From: Eledone cirrhosa
Taxonomy: Eukaryota
NCBI GenBank assembly: GCA_964016885.1
Contig: OZ024740.1
Location: forward strand, 345,526,001 to 345,590,000
Reading direction: 5' to 3'
Length of the DNA: 64,000 nucleotides
The notes beneath the pieces were generated by a model. The model ran no database searches and was not told the DNA's origin. It saw nothing but the letters and a program-made list of their open reading frames with translations. Position numbers and translations under genes: made by a program. Within the stretch, counting starts at the first letter, position 1, and each line of letters starts with the position of its first letter. Shown here in pieces: positions 54,842 to 64,000 of the stretch.

Positions 54842-55227
54842 AAAGATTTCCCTTTTATTTATTTTTTTAAACCCCACTCGACAAAATACTCCCTCCACCT
54901 CTAGCCCACCCTACCCCTACCCCCTCTCGTCCCGAAACACGGCACTGTGGTCATGTAAGCACTTCTTACCTATCTGCTCTTTCCACATGTAGAATGTAAT
55001 TCCTCTTTATAATGTATATGTGTATATGTGTATATTTATGAGTGTAGGTATGTACGTATTTGTATGAATGGCCGTCACCATGTATGCGTATGTTTGTGTG
55101 TATGTGCGTTTATATGTATATGGGTATATGTGTATGTATGTTTATATTTTTGTATATATATATATATATGTATATATGTGTGTATGTATATGTATATGTG
55201 TATGTATGTGTATGTGTATGTTTATAA

Positions 55228-55292
<65 letters not shown>

Positions 55293-55410
55293 TAAACGGA
55301 ATAGAAAATGCTGACAAATTGTTCACAGTTGAAAAATGGTTTAATTAGGAATAAAAGAGTATTAGTGATTGTATGGGTTAGTATTCAGTTGTGGTTTTAA
55401 GTTTTTAAGT

Positions 55411-55447
55411 TTTTACCGGTTGCGCATTTCTAAATGCTTTTCAAAAA
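55411..55447 (-). ncRNA. Minimal hammerhead-like motif in PLE 3' end, UUGAAAA/GCAA core
   Basis: Mirror of 60620-60656. Confidence 0.65.
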
Positions 55448-55770
55448 TAATTTTGAGATAGAGTGTCCGTGCTGTTTGCTCTGATCTGATTAGTTTTGGG
55501 AATTCTACCTGTTTTTTATGTTTAAAAAATGGCTCCAGCGTTATTTTTGTGATGCAAAAATGCTTGTGGTCAAAACAATTTTGATTGGTCGGTAGAGGTC
55601 ATGTGAATGTAAAAAGTTGATTTTGCGCCAAGACTGTTTTTATGTTAAAATGTTAGAAAAGTGGCTCCAGCAAAAATTATGGTCAAAACAATTTTGATTG
55701 GTCGGTAGAGGTCATGTGGATAAAAAATTGGTTTTGCGCCAAGATTGAGAAATGACTCTTTCACAACAAA

Positions 55771-55827
<57 letters not shown>

Positions 55828-55899
55828 TAGTAGTAGTAGTAAGGTGTTCGATGCTGCGACAATAGCCACCAGCGATGTGTGTCAAATGGCTATTAAGAT

Positions 55900-55949
<50 letters not shown>

Positions 55950-56257
55950 ACATACACACAGCAGAGTCATTCGAAGGTCAAAAGATATTTTTCAGCTTTT
56001 GTCTTATACGGAGAAGTGCGTGTGTGTGTGTGTGTGTGTGTATAAGTCTCTTTGTATGTTGATGTACGCGTGTGTATGTGTTTGTGTATATATGTGTGTG
56101 TGTGTGTGTGTGTGCGTGTGTGGGTGGACCAGTATTTTTTCCCCCTGGTAAAATGGTGTACATTATTCGATTTTTTCAGTAAAATCGGTTCTCTTAATAG
56201 AACATCAACAATCTTAACAATAAAAGGTGTGAAATGATATTCACTATATATATATAT

Positions 56258-56291
<34 letters not shown>

Positions 56292-56469
56292 TTTCACTAC
56301 ATATACACATATATATATATACATATATACATACATATATATGCACACATATTTTTTTGTATTGCACCATAGAGCATGTGTGTTTACGTGTGTCATTGTG
56401 TTTATATGTGGGTAGAGATGTGTGCTGATGTAGGTATGTATGTTGACGTGTGTATGTTGTGGGTTCGTC

Positions 56470-58780
56470 TTAGGGAGAAGTGTTTAGACGGGGTCCGTAT
56501 TTGTTAATGAAGTAAGATTCCTTGCTGATGCGCTGGGTGTGGGTGGCATTATCTTTAAATTTGTAGAGGGGAAAGATTCTGAAGCTGGGATGATTTTGGG
56601 CGGCGCAGGTATCAATGTGTTCACTCAGTGGTATTTTCCTGTATTCCCGTATTTTAATTTGGGATCTATGGACAGTCATGCGTTGGCGGAGGCTGTTTTT
56701 GGTCTGGCCTATGTATTGTTCTCGACAACCTGAACAAGTTAATACATATATTAAATTTTCCGATGCACATGTGAAATTGTGTTTTACTATAAAACGTTGT
56801 CCATCTTTGAAATAGAATTCCGAACCCTCTATTAGGTTGATGCAAATGCCACAGTTGGGTCTATCGCATTTTTTTTACTGTGGGTTTCGTTGTTGTGGTT
56901 GGCAGTACTTTGGCATGTGTTAAGATGTTTTTCATTGACTTGGATTGTCTTTTGCTCTTTATGATATCGTGTGTTCGTAGAATTTGGTTCATTCTATGGT
57001 CCTTTTTCAATACAGGGATGTTCTGGAGGATGGTGTCAAAGGCCTCGTTGTTGAGGGGGTTGTGTGTGGAGATGTATGGAAGAGCTTTTAGTTTTGGTTG
57101 ATTTACTTTAGGGTGTCTAAGGTCCTGGGTACTGAGTTTTAGGGCACGTTGGATTCCATTGTCAATTAGTGATGCAGGGTAGTCCCTGCCTATGAGTGTG
57201 TCCTTTAGTTCTTGTAGCCGTAAGTAGCAGATGTTTTTATTGGAGACTATAGTACAGATTCTCTTGGCTAAGTTGTAGGGAATATTAATTTTAACGTGTC
57301 TAGGGTGGCAAGAGTTGAAGGGGAGGTATTGCTTGGAGTCTGTGGGCTTGTAGTATATGTCTGTTTCTATTTTTTTGTTATGGATCTTAATGAGGATGTC
57401 GAGGAAGGGGAGTTGTTGATGGCTGTATTCCATCGTGAAGTTAATATTTGTGTTGAGCCCATTTATAATGGTGTGAAATTCTTTAAGTTTTTCGATGTTT
57501 TCGTGCCAAAGGATGAAGCAGTCATCAAGATATCGCTTCCAGTTCCTTTCAATGTGTAAGTGGAGGGTGTTTCCAAATTTGTTTAGGACTTTAGTGTAGA
57601 GGGTGATTTCCAGGTATCCCATGACTAGGTTGGCATACGTAGGGGCTGTTTTCGTTCCCATAGCGGTCCCAGATTTCTGCCTGTAGGGTTTGTTATTGAA
57701 AACGAAGTAATTGTTCTCCAAGATAAATTTGAGTCCCTCTATCACGAATTCTTTTTTGATGCGTTGTGGGAGTTCATTGTGGAAGTTATCCAGCCAGAAT
57801 TGGATAGCTTCTATTCCTAGGTTGTGGGGGATGTTGGAGTATAGGTTGACTACATCGAACGACACTAGTAGGGTTTGTTCAGAAAGTGGCATATTAGGGA
57901 GGTGATTGAGCATATCTAGGTCGTCCCTTATATAGATTTTGATGTGCTTGAGGAAGGGTTTGAGAAGGGTATCAATGAAGTTGCTAAGACGGTGCGTTTC
58001 GCAAGCGGGGCCTGCTATTATAGGTCTTAATTTGAGATCATTGGGTGAGGGGACATTGATGACTATGTCTGTGGCTTCCTTGCATGCCTTACTGATTGAT
58101 TCGCTTTTATGTACTTTAGGGATACCGTAGAAAAGGCTGGATTTACTTGTGAAGTCTGTGATGAAGCTGAATTCCTTGTTAGTGAGTCCTTCTTTGTATT
58201 GGTTGATTAGAGTTTTTAGGTTTCTCATAATTTTCTGTTGATTGTAGTGTTCAGCCTTTTCGTAGTATGTTTCGTTTTCCAAAGTGGAGAGCGCTAAGTT
58301 GATATAGAATTCTGTCTCCATTAGGACTACTGTACTCCTTTATCAGCCTCTTTAATTGTAATGGTTCTGTCGGTTTTTAATCTATTTAATTCTTCCCATT
58401 CTTTCTTGTTGAGGTTTGGCTTGTGTTTTTGTCTGTGCAAGTGTTGGTAAGGGAAGTTTGTGATGTGTTCATAGAATTCGTCCAGGATTTTATTTCTACC
58501 TTTTGAAGGGGTGTAATTGCTTCTATTTCTGGCTAATGATTCATCCTCATTGTACTGGTCGAATAGTTGTTCACTAAGTCGTAACTTTCTACAGAAGTCT
58601 GTGATGTCTTCCTTCATTTCATAGTAGTTAGGACGTAGTGGGGTCGGTGTGAATTTAAGACCTTTGGAGAGTAAGTTGATAAGGTTGGGTGTTGGTTCTG
58701 CACTAGTAAGATTGATAATTTTTATTACTATCGGTTTCTCCTCCCTGTCTTGTGTTATTTTGTTTGCCTGTATCTGTGTG
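56470..58780 (-). pseudogene. PLE RT-GIY-YIG ORF broken by two 1-nt indels, 5' truncated
   Basis: LLSKGLKFTP, ADKG, FYGIPKVHK, LRPIIAG, SFDVVNLYSNIP, GTAMGT, RYLDD, LPFLD, CDRPNCGIC, LIYVLTCSGCREQYIGQT; frameshifts at ~58335 and ~56870. Confidence 0.92.
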
Positions 58781-58831
58781 CTGTGTCTAAAAAATGGTTG
58801 GGGTAGAGGGGTTGTCTGCTGATGTTAAGTG

Positions 58832-59608
58832 GTCTCCAATAAAAACATCTGCTACTTACGGTTACAAGAACTAAAGGACACACTCATAGGCAGGGACTAC
58901 CCTGCATCACTAATTGACAATGGAATCCAACGTGCCCTAAAACTCAGTACCCAGGACCTTAGACACCCTAAAGTAAATCAACCAAAACTAAAAGCTCTTC
59001 CATACATCTCCACACACAACCCCCTCAACAACGAGGCCTTTGACACCATCCTCCAGAACATCCCTGTATTGAAAAAGGACCATAGAATGAACCAAATTCT
59101 ACGAACACACGATATCATAAAGAGCAAAAGACAATCCAAGTCAATGAAAAACATCTTAACACATGCCAAAGTACTGCCAACCACAACAACGAAACCCACA
59201 GTAAAAAAATGCGATAGACCCAACTGTGGCATTTGCATCAACCTAATAGAGGGTTCGGAATTCTATTTCAAAGATGGACAACGTTTTATAGTAAAACACA
59301 ATTTCACATGTGCATCGGAAAATTTAATATATGTATTAACTTGTTCAGGTTGTCGAGAACAATACATAGGCCAGACCAAAAACAGCCTCCGCCAACGCAT
59401 GACTGTCCATAGATCCCAAATTAAAATACGGGAATACAGGAAAATACCACTGAATGAACACATTGATACCTGCGCCGCCCAAAATCATCCCAACTTCAGA
59501 ATCTTTCCCCTCTACAAATTTAAAGATAATGCCACCCACACCCAGCGCATCAGCAAGGAATCTTACTTCATTAACAAATACGGACCCCGTCTAAACACTT
59601 CTCCCTAA
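58832..59608 (+). CDS. Inverted duplicate of PLE C-terminus (thumb-linker-GIY-YIG), uninterrupted frame
   Basis: 259-aa ORF ending YGPRLNTSP; no native start. Confidence 0.85.
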   Translation, partial: VSNKNICYLRLQELKDTLIGRDYPASLIDNGIQRALKLSTQDLRHPKVNQPKLKALPYISTHNPLNNEAFDTILQNIPVLKKDHRMNQILRTHDIIKSKRQSKSMKNILTHAKVLPTTTTKPTVKKCDRPNCGICINLIEGSEFYFKDGQRFIVKHNFTCASENLIYVLTCSGCREQYIGQTKNSLRQRMTVHRSQIKIREYRKIPLNEHIDTCAAQNHPNFRIFPLYKFKDNATHTQRISKESYFINKYGPRLNTSP

Positions 59609-59786
59609 GACGAACCCACAACATACACACGTCAACATACATACCTACATCAGCACACATCTCTACCCACATATAAACACAATGACACACGTAAACACAC
59701 ATGCTCTATGGTGCAATACAAAAAAATATGTGTGCATATATATGTATGTATATATGTATATATATATATGTGTATATGTAGTGAAA

Positions 59787-59833
<47 letters not shown>

Positions 59834-60121
59834 GTGAATATCATTTCACACCTTTTATTGTTAAGATTGTTGATGTTCTATTAAGAGAACCGATTTTACT
59901 GAAAAAATCGAATAATGTACACCATTTTACCAGGGGGAAAAAAATACTGGTCCACCCACACACGCACACACACACACACACACATATATACACAAACACA
60001 TACACACGCGTACATCAACATACAAAGAGACTTATACACACACACACACACGCACTTCTCCGTATAAGACAAAAGCTGAAAAATATCTTTTGACCTTCGA
60101 ATGACTCTGCTGTGTGTATGT

Positions 60122-60195
<74 letters not shown>

Positions 60196-60264
60196 ATCTT
60201 AATAGCCATTTGACACACATCGCTGGTGGCTATTGTCGCAGCATCGAACACCTTACTACTACTA

Positions 60265-60298
<34 letters not shown>

Positions 60299-60619
60299 TT
60301 GTTGTGAAAGAGTCATTTCTCAATCTTGGCGCAAAACCAATTTTTTATCCACATGACCTCTACCGACCAATCAAAATTGTTTTGACCATAATTTTTGCTG
60401 GAGCCACTTTTCTAACATTTTAACATAAAAACAGTCTTGGCGCAAAATCAACTTTTTACATTCACATGACCTCTACCGACCAATCAAAATTGTTTTGACC
60501 ACAAGCATTTTTGCAACACAAAAATAACGCTGGAGCCATTTTTTTAACATAAAAACAGGTAGAATTCCCAAAACTAATCAGATCAGAGCAAACAGCACGG
60601 ACACTCTATCTCAAAATTA

Positions 60620-60656
60620 TTTTTGAAAAGCATTTAGAAATGCGCAACCGGTAAAA
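60620..60656 (+). ncRNA. Minimal hammerhead-like motif in PLE 3' end, UUGAAAA/GCAA core
   Basis: ttt-TTGAAAA-gcatt(taga)aatgc-GCAA-CCGG-TA-aaa. Confidence 0.65.
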
Positions 60657-60932
60657 ACTTAAAAACTTAAAACCACAACTGAATACTAACCCATACAATC
60701 ACTAATACTCTTTTATTCCTAATTAAACCATTTTTCAACTGTGAACAATTTGTCAGCATTTTCTATTCCGTTTACCAATATATAATAACTTGTGTGTTAC
60801 ACCTCTATTCTTTTAACTATATATATATATATATATATATAATATTTTTTTTTATATATATGTATATGTTTCTATATATATGTATATATGTGTATGTATG
60901 TGTGTATGTATGTATTTATGTGTATGTATCTT

Positions 60933-60963
<31 letters not shown>

Positions 60964-61026
60964 GTTTTTATTTATATATATGTGTGTGTATATATGTGTA
61001 TATGTATGTGTGTTCATGTATATATT

Positions 61027-61059
<33 letters not shown>

Positions 61060-61094
61060 ATGAGTTTGTATATGTGTATAAATATATGTATATA

Positions 61095-61161
<67 letters not shown>

Positions 61162-61360
61162 TTAAGGATACTATTTATGGTTATGTATATAATAAAACCT
61201 TTTATAGTTATATATATTTTAAACTCTAAATAGTGAAAGACAGTAATTCATTACTATCTTATTACCAGTAAGATAAATAGCTCAATGTAATAACATCAGT
61301 TGTTTTACAGAGCAGTTATATAGAAATTATATGAATCAAAGTTCAGTTTAAATCATGTAT

Positions 61361-61409
61361 TTGCTTACAATTGTTTCCTCCAAACCGAGGTTTGGATTCT
61401 TCGGAGCAA
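61361..61409 (-). ncRNA. Type I hammerhead with CCGAAGA core
   Basis: ttgct-CCGAAGA-atccaaac(ctcg)gtttggag-GAAAC-aatt-GTA-agcaa; palindromic stem III ACAATTGT. Confidence 0.75.
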
Positions 61410-62880
61410 CTATTTAGTGATTTTTACATACTTGACCTCATTTTCAACACAAGAGACATATAAAAACACATGTATATATTGACCCACAGATGGTTGACAT
61501 CCATCATAATAATATAGCAAGGCAATTTACATACAGTCTTATAAAAGGACAAAATTAAATTAAAAATTAAAATTAAAATTAAAATTAAAATAAAACATTG
61601 GCAGATTATGAAGATAAAGCAAGAGGAAAGTTTAGAGTAGTCAGTGTATTAAACAGTCTCACGTGTGGCATGCACGCGTGTCTTATTTATACAGGATTAT
61701 AGTGCGGCAGATTGATACATGTAAAACAAGCAGTTAAAGCAGGCAATCAATGGCATCATGGGGTCTGTATTGTTAAAGCATTTTTCACACACATCTGTAC
61801 GATATATAAGCCCGTTTGTAGAGAAACACCAAAATTATCAAAAATATAACAAATGAGAAGCAAAACAGCACCACTGTCCTCACACCCACACAATCCAGGA
61901 AACGCAATTTATAGACTCCATGTCCATTACACAATCTATGATGATTCAATATTGGGTGCCTGGAGAACCATGTTATAATTCATAGCTTGTCGTTCTTTAC
62001 TTCGATTCATAGATCAGGCTGTTTTTGTTGTGAGAGATGACATTGTATTATATTCCGGAAGTGTGTGTGTGATTAAGGGGAGTTAATGCGTAAGGGGAGG
62101 TAACTAGCTGATTTTCATAGTTAAATTTATTATCCTAAAGTACATTAATGGTGTTTCAGATGAGTCCCTAACATATAAGGTTATAAACAATTTCTAAATT
62201 TAAGTATTTTATCTATAAATTACAGTGTAGTCTATCAACAAGTACTAAAGGTGTTCGTATCAGGATGATTACCTTCTATCATGGTGTGCCATAACCGAAC
62301 ATTCTATAAGAATTGTCAGACCTCGAAATCAATGATCTTTGTAAGTGTAGTCCAGCCGCAGAACCTGGCAGGGTCTTATTACTATATATGACTCCCGGTA
62401 AGCTCTGGGTCATTGTATGTCTGTATACATGGCAAAGTTAAATATTACCAGAGTGGTCCAGAGATCAATTCTCTTATACACAGACACTAATCTGGTCATC
62501 AAGCCACACTTATACTCAAAACTCATATATCGTCTGTACATAATTCATTGTACTCAGCATATAGAATATATATCCCTTTTAATGAATTAATTACTTAATG
62601 ATCTATCTATCCTATGGTGGCATTCCATGCACAGGACAATGTTAGCACAACCAATTCAGTGCCTACAGTTTACATTAATTATATATTAGTGCAATGTAGT
62701 CCAAATAATTCAAGGCCAATATACCAAAAGTAGAAGTACATGGGGATATCTCCAGGGTAAAAGGTACTATGAGGGTGTCACTATTTGCGCTAAAATGGAT
62801 TAATGGGTGTTGAGATGAGGTGTAAGGCATGCCCCTGATGCTAGTTGCTAGATGTGGTGACGGGTTTAAGTCTTACATTG

Positions 62881-64000
62881 TTATATATTGGGTTTAACGT
62901 TTTGGAAATAGTGTCGGAAGCTTTGTTGGCAAGACGCGAACACTTCTGATTTTTTATTAAGGTGGTTATGGTTAGAGTAGATGATAGTATGGGTCTCTAG
63001 TAGACAGAGATTACAAAATTTATTAGGTGGTTTGTACGATGTCGCATTACCTATCACTCTCCATTTGAGTGTATATGGTTTATTTTTAGTTTTTCGATAG
63101 TGTATGTAGCTAGATAGTGAAGTGGAGTTGGCTAGACTGTGTTTTTTGAAAGAGTGGAGGTGCGAATTGTATCTAGTTTCGAAGCAGTTAGAAGTAGAGT
63201 CTCTATAGGTTTCAGAAGAGTTGATAGTTGTGACTGTGCATGAGTATATGATATCCTTGATTAAGCAATTTTTATTTAAATGGCAGGTTCTATTTGATCT
63301 ACAGTTACAATTATTCTGGGTGTTAGTCTGCCGGTTATTATGTTGTGTAGAAGTCTGGATGGTAGCTATAGGGTTATGGTTATGTGGGTTGTCGTTCCCA
63401 GCGTTATTGTTTACACTAGTGCTATTACTATTATTTCTATTGATATTAGGGTTAGTTGCTATAATGTTATTTTGAAGGTTTATCGTCTGTTGTGATTTAG
63501 TTTGTTGGAAGTAAGAATTCATTTTTCTTTTATTGCTACTAGCTATGTGGTATGCTATGTTAGGCGTAGTAGAGTAGGAGATTTTAATAGTGTTTTTGTT
63601 TAAAAGGCTATGGTACTTGTGGCCGTATGGGAAGTTTTTATCTAGTAGTGAGAAGAAAGCCCTAGGTAGGTTGGTAGTGACGTTTAGATAGAAAGGAGGG
63701 TTGAAAAAATGTATTATTTCTTCTTCTATTTTTGTTTTTTATGTCCGGTGAGTTGTTTCCTTTTATGGTACTATGGTAATTTCTGTGGTGTGGGTTACTT
63801 TTGTTGGTATCATCCCTATTAGTGTGTGTGCTGTTGCTATTCCTATTACTAAATTTTCCCATGGACATGTTGTGCGAAATAATGTTGTAGCTACGCGTTT
63901 TTGTAGGTAGGAACTCGATCTCTATATTATGGCCTGATCTAGCTAATGCCTGATTATAATATTGCGAGTGTTTGTTAAATATGTTTACGTCATAGGATAG
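62881..64000 (-). mobile_element. PLE C-terminal part (linker + GIY-YIG), continues past window end
   Basis: CNCRSNRTCHLNKNCLIKDIIY, TSLSSYI, LKWRVI, CNLCLLE, HLNKKSE; tctcctactctactacgcctaac matches the LSYSTTPN motif of the other two copies. Confidence 0.9.

Larger units (their letters stand above)
55289..60778 (-). mobile_element. Young Neptune-type PLE with ~1.95 kb inverted arms (55289-57247 and 58832-60778)
   Basis: Arms are near-identical reverse complements; long (TA)n on the left, short TA run on the right; RT and GIY-YIG ORFs. Confidence 0.97.

Overview
AT-rich, microsatellite-dense eukaryotic DNA made almost entirely of repeats, with no confidently recognisable host gene. The SINE and microsatellite content resembles an octopod cephalopod (inference from recall, not a database search). 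Nearly all ORFs in the track are (TA)n/(CA)n artefacts. Real coding remnants are five clear Penelope-like retroelements (PLEs; RT plus C-terminal GIY-YIG), one nearly intact with ~1.95 kb inverted arms, plus a weaker sixth, and CRE, R4/Dong, Tx1 and mariner fragments. Non-coding mobile DNA includes a pogo MITE, a probable Helitron and tRNA-derived SINEs. The main hidden signal is about 19 type I hammerhead ribozyme motifs (intact to degenerate) from about ten unrelated families, folded by eye, mostly in short fold-back inserts inside (TA)n tracts. Three families use a U3-A8 core (UUGAnAA) instead of CUGAnGA, two have greatly extended stem II with covariation, and one forms a 423-bp retrozyme-like tandem. 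Boundaries of degenerate elements are approximate.
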